DNA from: Zootoca vivipara
Lineage: Eukaryota
Length of the DNA stretch: 64,000 bases
Direction: 5' to 3'
Assembly: GCF_963506605.1 (NCBI RefSeq)
Contig: NC_083288.1
Span: 32,860,001-32,924,000 of the forward strand
In this document: piece by piece, positions 38,033 through 48,912 of the stretch
How positions within the stretch are numbered: the first letter of the stretch is position 1
How the letters are laid out: each line of letters starts with the position of its first letter
Notes under the pieces: model-generated
The model's database searches: none
Seen by the model: the letters and a program-made list of their open reading frames with translations, nothing else
Told to the model about the DNA's origin: nothing
Program-made: the position numbers and the translations under genes

Positions 38033-38205
38033 TAGACATGAAAACCAGCTTTCTCCAGCAATTCCAGTGGGAAATTCCAGGGTTGAACTAGTGATTATAA
38101 TCAAAGCCCAGCAATTAATTCTGCACCTGAAAATCCTTGAAGGCATTCAGCAGAGCTAATATCAAGGACGGGAAAAGAAGTCATAAATATACTGAATACC
38201 ATTTT
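38033..38205 (+). promoter_or_regulatory. Degenerate V2R upstream module, gene 4
   Basis: CAGCAATTCCAGTGGGAA (about 38056-38073), CAATTAATT (38112), CATAAATATA (38182); dyad box eroded. Confidence 0.5.
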
Positions 38206-39398
38206 AAAGTATGGAGAAGTGCTGAAAACAAGCATGGATCTTCCTGTATAGTCTAAGGTGCAGAACTATCAAGAGATTAAGCTTGCATGCAAGCCAAGTG
38301 GGTTTATTCACAGAAACTCTAAATCACACTGTTATTGAAGAAAACAGGAGAATTTGTGTGTAGAGAGATTTGTGCTTGTACTGAACATGTCAGTCTTGAT
38401 CATTTTGCTGCTGCTATTTCTTTCTCACATGGTATGCAAGACACACATTGTTAAGTGCAATGTCTATGAGCTACAGTCTCCACTCCACAAATATCATCAG
38501 TCTGGAGACCTCATTATTGGAGGCATCGCTTCTCAGGCTCACTTCACCGCCAATCCAATACGTTTTGTTGCAAAACCTCCACCAGCATTGCTTGAAGAAC
38601 TTGTGTAAGGACTTACTTTCCCTTCCTTTGATTGTTTTTATTTCCATGCATTTTGTCACCGGAATGATCTGTTACAGAGATGGAGCTTCAGAATACTGCC
38701 TCATTGGTTTAGGTCATAGAAAAGGATAATGCAATTAATATAATGTTGTGGGGAGGCTCCTATTTCTCTACAGAGAAGAATGATCAGTTCAAGCTTATTG
38801 CTTAAAATCACAATATAGAGTGTTAATCAAATATGCTGTGGGTGAAAAACATACTGAATCATAAAATAAAATTAAAAGCAACAACTGGCAGTAGACCCCA
38901 CAGATGGTGTCATGACTATGTCCAGCTCAGCCAATTAACTATGTAGATTTGAATTTCCATCCTCTTGATTTGTAGGTAACAAATATATTGAAAGATAGAA
39001 TAAAGATAAGTGATCAAGCTTCTCCAGTAGTATATTTTCCATTGTTCTCTAAAATCTGACTCCTGCCTTGGTTAGTTTCAATAAGAATGTAGCAGACCTT
39101 CTCGGGATCTTAAGGAAGCAAAAAATTCATTTTTTGAAAATCTGATCAATGATTTTTCAGCCTACCAACATGATTTTTTTTCTAGAATTTTGTGTCAGAG
39201 AACAATTGAACATACAATTAGGGAAATATTCAGTGTTGTCTAAAGCACACTGACAGAATAATATTTTATATTGTTTATTGGTTAATCTACACTAGAGGGC
39301 ATTAATTGGAACCTACAAAGATTGGGTTGTTCCTAAAAACTTATTGATTCTCTGGACTGAGTTGTATATTTTTAAAAAAGAATTTTTTTAATTTTTAA

Positions 39399-39567
39399 NN
39401 NNNNNNNNNNNNNNNNNNNNNNNNNNNNNNNNNNNNNNNNNNNNNNNNNNNNNNNNNNNNNNNNNNNNNNNNNNNNNNNNNNNNNNNNNNNNNNNNNNNN
39501 NNNNNNNNNNNNNNNNNNNNNNNNNNNNNNNNNNNNNNNNNNNNNNNNNNNNNNNNNNNNNNNNNNN
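39399..39567. other. Assembly gap (N run)
   Basis: Ns. Confidence 1.
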
Positions 39568-41056
39568 GGGAGGGGAGGGGAAATGAATATAATACCCTAC
39601 ATTAATTCATATGTTGCATATCTTATAGTCAGAGTCTAAGGTATCAAGAAATCACTTTACCCTAACCTTCTGAAATATATCCTCTCCACAAACTTAATTT
39701 GACCATTGGGGGTCTGAGTTCCATCACTGTTGTCAATTGTAAAGATTTTTTGACCAAAGCAAACCTCTCAAAAGCAAATATCTGCCATTAGGGTCATGTA
39801 GAGCATCTGTGAATACCAGGGAACCCCCCCTTTTTAAAGCAATAATAGTCACACCCTGTATCTTGGATATTGCTGGTGCACATATTTGATTCCCTCTCAA
39901 TTCCCTCTGAATATTTCTGCCTTCAAGTCTTTTCCTTTTGGGGGGGGGGGGTAAGTTTCCTGAATCAAAGCAATATCCAGATGTTCCCTTTTCAGTAAAG
40001 CTTCAATTCTTGCTCTTTTAACTGGTGACACATTTTTTTAACTTACTGGCATTTGAGACATGAGTCTTTCAACTTTTGCATATTTCATTGTTGAATGTGG
40101 GGGAGTGCATCACATTACATCACTTTGAAAAATTGTGCATCACACAAACACCTTTGAATAACGAGGACACTGCGAAACTAAGAGAGTATAAGACTTTTAA
40201 CAAAACCAAAACAAAAAGTTTGAAAAAATCCCAGGGCAGGGAAACCTCCCTGATGCATCAGAAATGAAATGGGGAGCCAAGGCAGGAGTTCGTTCCCATC
40301 TGATACAGAATGCGACTCTCTTTCTAGTGTAGTGCCTAAGAATTACCAGCACATCCTGGCCTTTGCATTTGCAGTGAAGGAGATCAATGAAAACTCTCAG
40401 ATCTTACCCAATCTTACATTGGGTTTCCACATCTATGACAGCTATGTCAATGCAAGGAGGACATATCATGCCACAATGCTGCTTTTATCCACACTGGAGA
40501 AATTTGTCCCCAACTACAGATGTGACATGCAGAATAATCTAATTGCAGTCATTGGTGGGCTGGATGCCGAAACCTCCTATCATGTGGCAACTATCTTGGA
40601 TATCTATAAAATTCCACAGGTAGGACACTTGTGAGTATGTGAGCATGGAATATAGGAATTGAACTCACACTTCCTTGGAGTATATATTTTGTGAATTGGA
40701 GACAGAAATGACTGCATCGGAGAAGACAGATTCATTCCCTTTCCTTCTCTGTGAATATTAAGAAAAATATTATGTTTCACTTGTAAATCGGCCGGGATTT
40801 AACATTGGTGTCAAAGTGGCTCACTAAATGACATTTGCACTGCTGCCTCTCTCCTCCTGATAAGCAGCTGTGGTCCACCTGCTGAGAAACTAGTGTATAG
40901 CTCCACCCAACCCAGCCAGCAACTTCTCTTTATTTCCTATTATAAAAAGGTTCCCAAACTCTTTTAAGAAATGATATTGAGAGAGATTGAAGCTGAGAAA
41001 GGATTGTTGCCTTCAGAGCTGACTTAAGATATTTTGCCACCTGAGGAAAACCAAAA

Positions 41057-41770
41057 AGATCAAGGGAAGTAATAGTACCACTGTATTCTGCTCTGGTCAG
41101 ACCTCACCTGGAGTACTGTGTCCAGTTCTGGGCACCACAGTTCAAGAAGGATACTGACAAGCTGGAATGTGTCCAGAGGAGGGCAACCCAAATGGTCAAA
41201 GGCCTGGAAACAATGCCCAGGGCTGGCTCTAGGTAGCCCCCCGGTGGTGTGGTGCGCCAGGGTGCCGGGCTGGTAGGCAGGAAACCATGCTGCGCCCTGC
41301 GAGGGCAGGGGCGCCGAAGCGATTTCTGCCCCTCAGCACCAGGGCGCGCGATCTGCTCGAGACTGCCCTGACAATGCCTTATGAGGAACGGCTTAGGGAG
41401 TTTAGCCTGGAGACGAGAAGGTTAAGGGGTGATATGATAGCCATGTTCAAATATATAAAAGGATGTCATATAGAGGAGGGAGAAAGGTTGTTTTCTGCTG
41501 CTCCAGAGAAGCAGACACGGAGCAATGGATTCAAGCTACAAGAAAGAAGATTCCACCTGAACATTAGGAAGAACTTCCTGACAGTAAGAGCTGTTCGACA
41601 GTGGAATTTGCTGCCAAGGAGTGTGGTGGAGTCTCCTTCTTTGGAGGTCTTTAAGCGGAGGCTTGACAGGCATATGTCAGGAATGCTTTGATGGTGTTTC
41701 CTGCTTGGCAGGGGGTTGGACTGGATGGCCATTGTGGTCTCTTCCAACTCTATGATTCTAAGATTCTAAG
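41057..41770 (+). mobile_element. 5'-truncated CR1 LINE, same family as 1-823, interrupted by a hAT MITE
   Basis: Near-identical to positions 254-823; ATTCTA(T/A)G tail. Confidence 0.93.
41218..41370. mobile_element. 153-bp hAT MITE with 8-bp TSD ACAATGCC
   Basis: TIR CAGGGCTGGCTC / GAGACTGCCCTG; TSD at 41210-41217 and 41371-41378; the uninterrupted CR1 copy has a single AC(G)ATGCC. Confidence 0.9.
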
Positions 41771-43092
41771 TGACACCCCCATAACCTGGGAAGCAGGTGT
41801 GAGTAAAGATCTTCATCAGGAAGTAGAGGGGAATATATGCATTGAGCACAAGGTTGGAGGAGCCAGCAGCACCTCCTACTCATTGCAATATATCTAGATA
41901 AATTTTTATTATGGGGAGGCATAAAAACACCACAAATAAATGCATACATACATGCTAATCTTGCTATCTTCCCTCCTTACCCTAATCTCTTTTTAGCTCC
42001 TATATGGCTCTGCTCCAGTAATGAATGATAAAACTCCAGGCCTTTCCTTCTACCAGGTAGCTCCTCAGAAACCCCGTCAGTCTGCGGGGATTCTCTTTTT
42101 GCTTATGCATTTCAAGTGGACATTGTTATGGATAGTGACAATGCAGAACGGTTTGTGCAAACTGTGCTTCCATTGTTTTCAGAGCATGGTGTCTGCTTTG
42201 CCTTCCTGGAAAAAATGCCCAAATTTACTTTTGCCACCGAAGGTTATGACATGCTGGAACAGGGTACAAAGATACATGAGAAAGTGATGAGCAGCAGAGC
42301 CAATGTAGTGCTGGCCTATGGAGAATCTTATTCCATGGCATTTTTCTTATGGCTTCCATATCTATCAGAACTTGAATACGTGAAAACTAAACCCAGAGGT
42401 AGAGTGTGGATAACAACAGCCCAGCTAGAGTTCAGTTCACTGGTGTTCCAAAAGACTTGGGATACAAAAATATTCCACGGCGCTTTGGCTTTTGCAATTC
42501 ATTCAAATGATGAACCAAGATTTCATCAATTTGTTAAGAGCAGAAAGCCCTCCAGCACAACAGAAGATGGTTTTATCAGGGACTTCTGGCAACAGGCTTT
42601 TGCCTGCGTTTTCCCAAATCCAGATGAGGGTGATGCAGAGGAGGATGTTTGCACTGAGGAAGAGCAGCTGGAGAGCCTTCCTGGATCTTTTTTTGAAAAA
42701 AGCATGACGGGCCACAGCTATAGCATCTACAATGCTGTCTATGCTGTGGCCCATGCTTTACATGCCATGTCCTTATCTGGAGTCAAATACAGAGCAGTGT
42801 TAAATGCTAAAGGACAGGAGCTTCAGAAACAAAAGCTATGGAAGGTAATGCACGACTTCCTCATGAAAGAGAACAGAATTTCATGGGTGTTTCAAGAAGC
42901 TTCCATCTGTTGAGAAAACTTTACACCCTAACTCTTCATCTGCTCAAAGTTGCACCTTTTATTCTTCCTCCCATTAGCAAAAGTGGAAGTCTATATTTCA
43001 TATTTCAATTTGCCTTCTCTGTTTTGCAGTCATTATCCAGCTCCCCTTTAATGAGGCTTTATTTCCCTATGAAGGTGTGGCTGAGTGTGTAA

Positions 43093-43094
<2 letters not shown>

Positions 43095-43133
<39 letters not shown>
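43095..43133. repeat. (CA)n microsatellite
   Basis: Direct reading. Confidence 0.95.
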
Positions 43134-43136
<3 letters not shown>

Positions 43137-44225
43137 GAGAGAGAGAATATGAGGGACTGGATGGATAGGGACATGTTACTCAAAATATTAGATAAGGTGG
43201 TCCAAGGCTATTGTTTTATATCCTACTCTTTTTCCACTACAAAAAAAGAAATACTAAGTCACCTTTTTTGGCAACTGATTACTTTGAATCTAGTTTCTAA
43301 CAACTCTACATGATGATATAACATCATTCCCAGGAATGTTGATGCAAGGGATGAAGAGAAGATTACTGTTATAATAGACCTATTCCTGATTTTAGAAAAA
43401 TAAAAATAAATAAGAAAGGCTATCCATACTCAGACCACCTTATCTAATAGTGCATGTACAGTCCCCTCTATTCAATCATTTGTGCATCCCAACCAATTTT
43501 GGAAGGGTTTTCGCCTCCACTCATCCCCTAAATGTTGTGTGGGAAAGCTGGGCCAAATACATCTGTCAAGTTAATTGTAATAGCACGGAGTGTTGAAATT
43601 TCTATGGCGCATGTAGTATCCATGGTTTCTGTACATTTGCAGCAAAGTGTGAGCAATTCTTCCATGAATCTTTTCTCACCCCCAATGCTGTTCCTTCTGT
43701 TAGTTGGAGAGAGAGAAAATGTGTTGCAGCCTTGCCTAAACTATTGCCTTTCCCTTTCTAATATAGTTCCATCATTTTCTGAAAAATGTCTCATTTAACA
43801 GTAGTGCTGGAGACAAGGTTTCTTTCAACCACAATGGGGAACTAATAGCTGGGTTTGATATTATCAACTTGATTGTTTCTTCAAACCAGTCCTTTCACAG
43901 AGTGAAAGTTGGGAGGATGGGTCCTCAGGGTCCTCCAGAACAAGCATTTTCCATCACTGAGGATGCCATAACATGGCACAACTGGTTTAACCAGGTAGGA
44001 TCCAACTGTAGGCACTTTAGAAAGACTTCCAGTTTTTAATGAGTATTTCCTTGGTATTGATATGAAAAATTAATTTCATATAACAGTAAATGTCCCCTAT
44101 AAAAAATCTTCCTTTTCACAGGGCATGGATACATGAAGACATTAGGACCCACATTTTTTTTTGCTCTGGTTGCTGTGTTGCTTTATTTACTGAGAAATAT
44201 CTGGAATATTTAAATTAGAATTGAT

Positions 44226-44583
44226 TAAAGGTAAAGGGTAACGGGACCCCTGACTGTTAGGTCCAGTCGCGGACAACTCTGGGGTTGCGGCGCTCATCTC
44301 ACTTTATTGGCAGAGAGAGCTGGCGTACAGCTTCTGGGTCATGTGACCAGCATGACTGAGCCACTTCTGGCCAACCAGAGCAGTGCACGGAAACGCCATT
44401 TACCTTCCCAACGGAGAGGTACCTATTTATCTACTTGCACGTTGATGTGCTTTCAAACTGCTAAGTTGGCAGGAGCAGGGACCAAGCAACAGGAACTCAC
44501 CCCATCGCAAGGATTCGAACTGCTGACCTTCTGATCGGCAAGCCCTAGGCTCAGTGGTTTAGACCACAGCACCAACCGTGTCC
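44226..44583 (-). mobile_element. Sauria SINE
   Basis: Full-length reverse copy. Confidence 0.9.
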
Positions 44584-45419
44584 TGATTACACCACTGCAA
44601 ATTGAATATAAACCCACAGTTGATTTTCTACATTCAGTCTACCTCCTTCCATTCAACTAAACTTGAAGATAAAGATGAAATCTAGATTAGTTAATGTTTA
44701 ACCACAACTCAAATATATCTATTTCCTGCATCTGCTGGCAATATCTGCTTGTAAACCAAATCTATGGTACAAAGCTAAAAATTAAATATGTTGCTCCACC
44801 CACTTTTGCCTCTGGCTCCACCCACCACTGGCATGAGACTCTTGATAGGCTGCCCAGAAGTAAATGTGGTCCTCAAGCATTTTTTACTTAGGGTCTACTT
44901 GAAATATAAAATCATTTGATACAACTGCATTTAGTGTTTTCACTAAAGAAACATAATCACAAAACCACTAGTTAAGTGGTTACACACAAAAACCATATCT
45001 TAAAAAAAGCCCATAAAAACATGCATGAGACTTGTTGGTATCAAGTTTCTGAACTGATACTTAATAAAGAAACTCAAAGTTTTACTGGAATGCCTTGTTC
45101 CTTAAAAATATTCAGAAACACCCTAGAAATTTAATGATGTCAAGCTTATTATTCATCAGATTATCACTGATCTCTTTTATTTGTGGATTAGACACGGCCT
45201 GTCTCTCTTTGTACTGGGAGTTGCCATCCTGGTTCTAACCAGAAAATGAAGGAGGGGGAGCCATTTTGCTGTTATGATTGCACCCCATGTCCAGAGGGGA
45301 AGATTTCAGAGCACAAAGGTATGAAAAATATAGGTAAATGTATATGAACATGAAAGACTACCTATGTATATATGTGAAAATCCAAGCCACATTATACCAG
45401 TATATCATATTTATACTAT

Positions 45420-45758
45420 TAAAGGTAAAGGGACCCCTGACCATTAGGTCCAGTCGTGACCAGCTCTGGGGTTGCGGCACTCATCTCACGTTATTGGCCG
45501 AGGGAGCTGCATACAGCTTCCAGGTCATGTGGCCAGCATGACTAAGCCACTTCTGGCGAACCAGAGCAGCACACGGAAAACCATTTACCTTCCCGCCTAT
45601 TTATCTACTTGCACTTTGATGTGCTTTCGAACTGCTAGGTTGGCAGAAGCTGGGACCGGGCAACAGGAGCTCACCCCGTCGCAGGGATTCGAACCACCAA
45701 CCTTCTGATCAGCAAGCCCTAGGCTCTGTGGTTTAACCCACAGCTCCACCTGCGTCCC
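45420..45758 (-). mobile_element. Sauria SINE
   Basis: Full-length reverse copy. Confidence 0.9.
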
Positions 45759-45801
45759 TAATATACACCCACTGTATAGATTTATAAAGCAGCATGGCTG
45801 T

Positions 45802-46227
45802 TGTTCAGTGGAAGACTGGTATAAAACAATGTAATGTGTAGAGGATTACTTTTCATCCATGTATGAAGTGTGATTGAAATGCTGATAGAGGAGAACCTCG
45901 GATGAAGCTGCTGAATGTAGAAGCTTCTGGTTGTATAGTAATCCAAAGGAAGTCAAGTAGGGGACAAATGTAATGCAAGGATGTTGGAGTGGAAGGATTC
46001 AGAACTGAGGGAGAACGCCAAGACTCAGAACCCCCCCAAATGCCAGAGATCAGGAACATCACTGTGGAGACAAGGAAGCCTATTAAAGTCCTTTCTGCTT
46101 AGATGGAACCAGTAGCCAGCCTGGAAGTGTGGGACCAGTTGAGACTCTGAGAATGCTCCACTGACTAATCATAGTTGATACCAAGACAGACTATAGTTAA
46201 ATGGCTGGGCAGGGGTGACACTTAACA
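45802..46227 (+). mobile_element. Probable solo LTR with 4-bp TSD CTGT
   Basis: Termini TGTTCAGTG...CACTTAACA (8/9 inverted match), CTGT on both flanks, ATTAAA at about 46082. Confidence 0.55.
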
Positions 46228-47665
46228 CTGTCATCATTTGATAAACCATTCTTATTATGAAACTACTTTTTTAAAAAGAAGATCATGGCTTAGTTTTATG
46301 AGGGAACAAGTTCAGCTCCCACTTCTTTTCAAGAAATGAAGCCACTTCCTCTCAGCTTATCAACTGGAGACTGAGATGTTGAAATAATAGCAGAGGGGGG
46401 CAGTTGTGTCATTTAGTAGAGATTTCTACCATGTTCCTGAAATAAAACGATTTTTTTTTCTTCAGACATGCATGACTGCCATAAATGTGCAGAGAAAGAT
46501 TATCCAAGCAAGAATCAAGATTTCTGCATACCGAAAACTGTAACATTTTTGACTCATGAAGAACCTTTAGGCATGAGTTTAATATCTCTTGCGCTTTCCT
46601 TTGCTTTGACCACAGTTTTGGTGGTAGGAACATTTATGAAGCACCACAACACCCCCATTGTCATTGCCAACAACAGGGGTCTCACCTACACTCTCCTCAT
46701 CTCCCTCCTGCTCTGCTTCCTTTCTGCTTTGTTGTTTATTGGAAAGCCACAGAAGGTGACCTGTCTCCTCCGACAAACTGCTTTTGGCATCATCTTCTCA
46801 GTGGCTGTATCTTGTGTGCTGGCAAAAACCATCATAGTGGTTCTGGCTTTCATGGCCACCAAGCCAGGATCTAAGATGAGGAAGTGGGTGGGGAAGAGGC
46901 TAGCCAACTCCATTGTCCTTTTCTGCTCTTTTGTTCAGGCAGTCATTTGTATTGTGTGGTGGGCAACTGCTCCGCCATTCCCACATATTGATATGAGTTC
47001 AATGACTTATGAAATTGTGTTAGAATGTAATGAGGGCTCAGCTTCAATGTTTTGCTGTGTCCTGAGCTACATGGGCTTTCTGGCTGTTGTGAGCTTCACT
47101 GTGGCATTCCTTGCCAGGAAGTTGCCTGATAGTTTCAATGAAGCCAAATTCATCACTTTTAGCATGTTGGTCTTTTGCAGTGTTTGGTTGTCATTTGTTC
47201 CAACCTACCTGAGCACCAAGGGAAAATACATGGTCGCTGTGGAGATCTTTTCTATTTTAGCCTCTAGTGCTGGGTTGCTGGGTTTCATCTTTTTCCCTAA
47301 ATATTATATAATTGTGCTAAAGCCTGAATTGAACATCAGGGAACAGCTGATAAGGAAAAAAAGGTAGAAGAATATACTGTATGTCCTCTGCTGTAATTTA
47401 TACTTCCATCATTCCATCTGACTGAAAACTTGAAATTTCAAGTGGCTTTCCGTTTCAGAGCAAAACAGAGTGGTTTCTGCATAATCAGGAGACTAAGTAG
47501 GGAATTTGTAAATTAAAGGCAAGAGCTATTATTTTAAAAGACAAAAAATCCTTGACAAACACTTTTTAGCTTCTAGAGTTAAGGGCGTGTCATGGAAGGC
47601 ATAGAGGACAAACAAGTCAGTAAAACAGACAACAACTTTATTGCCATTCGTAGTTAAGACTAGAA

Positions 47666-47775
47666 CAGGCTTCTTCAACCTTGGCCCTCCAGATATTTTG
47701 AGACTACCATTCCCATCATCCCTGACCAGAGTTGTAGGCCAAAAACATCTGGAGGGCCGAGGTCGAGGAAGGCTG
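47666..47775. mobile_element. hAT MITE variant (110 bp), TSD GACTAGAA
   Basis: Internal sequence shared with the 136-bp family; perfect 8-bp TSD. Confidence 0.88.
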
Positions 47776-48657
47776 GACTAGAACATCAGCAGAAATTAAG
47801 TCCAGTGCTGCCTAGTGACTTCACTGCATGATGACATTATCAATGCAGAAAGTAAGCATAAGAAAATTAAGTACTTAAAGTTAAGGGCCTTGCTGGATCA
47901 GGGGAAATGTCCATTTAGTGCACCATTTTGTTTTCACAGTGGCCAACCCAAGGTAAATATTCACTCGTGTACAAAATATCCATTTAATAGAGGTTTTAAA
48001 AGCATTTAAGGAAATGGGCAGAAGTAAAAATGGGTCGCATTGAGGAATTCTGATTGTAGCAGGAAGTACGATATACCCTGAGTATAAAAATTAAAGAAGC
48101 ACAGCTATCTAAACTTCATCTGTAGTTATTCCTGTGGTACTTTTTTGCTGTGGGTCTCTTATATTAGCTAAGGCATTGAGCATGTATCCAGCATCAGGTA
48201 GCCCACTTGTTACTTGATAGGAACCTGGTGGGGCCGAACCTGTGTTGGGGAGTCACCTCCAACACAGATTGGATTCCACAACCCCACACATGCCACCATT
48301 GGGGGAGGTGTACTGGCCCATCAGTACCCCAGTGGACTCCCAGACAGAGTCACCACTCCTGGACCCCTCTGATGGGGTAGCCTTGTGACTAGGGATCCAG
48401 CCCACTGCCGTATCTGCCAAAGTTGTGATGGTTGCTATGAGGTAAGCGAAAATCTGCACATGTATATGGATTGTGATTTGAGCAGCCTAGGGCAACTTTT
48501 CATTCTACAGATTACCATTGTCAATAACAAATGGTGAGATGACCAGCCTTATTATCAAACACGTTAATTTTGTCTGTACTTGTAGAATATAGCTACTGTA
48601 TGTCTGGTGTGCCCCCCCCCAATGGATCTCTATACCTGCGGGAAAGAACATTTCATT

Positions 48658-48850
48658 CCAGATGTTGCAAACATGTTTCTTCACCAATTTCCACAAAAAT
48701 ACTCAGATTTGAACAGGTGATTACCTTCGTCTATAATTATCAAAACCAGTTAATTATACTGGATTGTCCAACCTCTTGTGGAATTTCAGTAGCCACAAGC
48801 AAAACTAATAGGAGAGGATGTGATGGATGTTATAAAGAAACCCAGCACTT
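48658..48850 (+). promoter_or_regulatory. V2R upstream module, gene 5
   Basis: TAATTA x2 (48734, 48751), perfect CTTGTGG-N11-CCACAAG dyad (48775-48799), GCAAAAC, TATAAA (48831); first boxes degenerate. Confidence 0.6.
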
Positions 48851-48912
48851 TTTAGAGCAAAATAGGGGGACTGGGGGAATTTGTGTGTAGATTGAAAATC
48901 TGCCCTTTACTT

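Larger units (their letters stand above)
38387..47367 (+). pseudogene. V2R gene 4, frameshifted pseudogene; exons 38387..38604, 40328..40619, 41997..42844, 43767..43994, 45192..45318, 46466..47367
   Basis: Exon 3 is 848 nt (861 in gene 5); 13-nt deletion at about 42121 removes WIGI and shifts the frame, giving a stop at 42285-42287; other exons open with intact splice sites. Confidence 0.88.
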
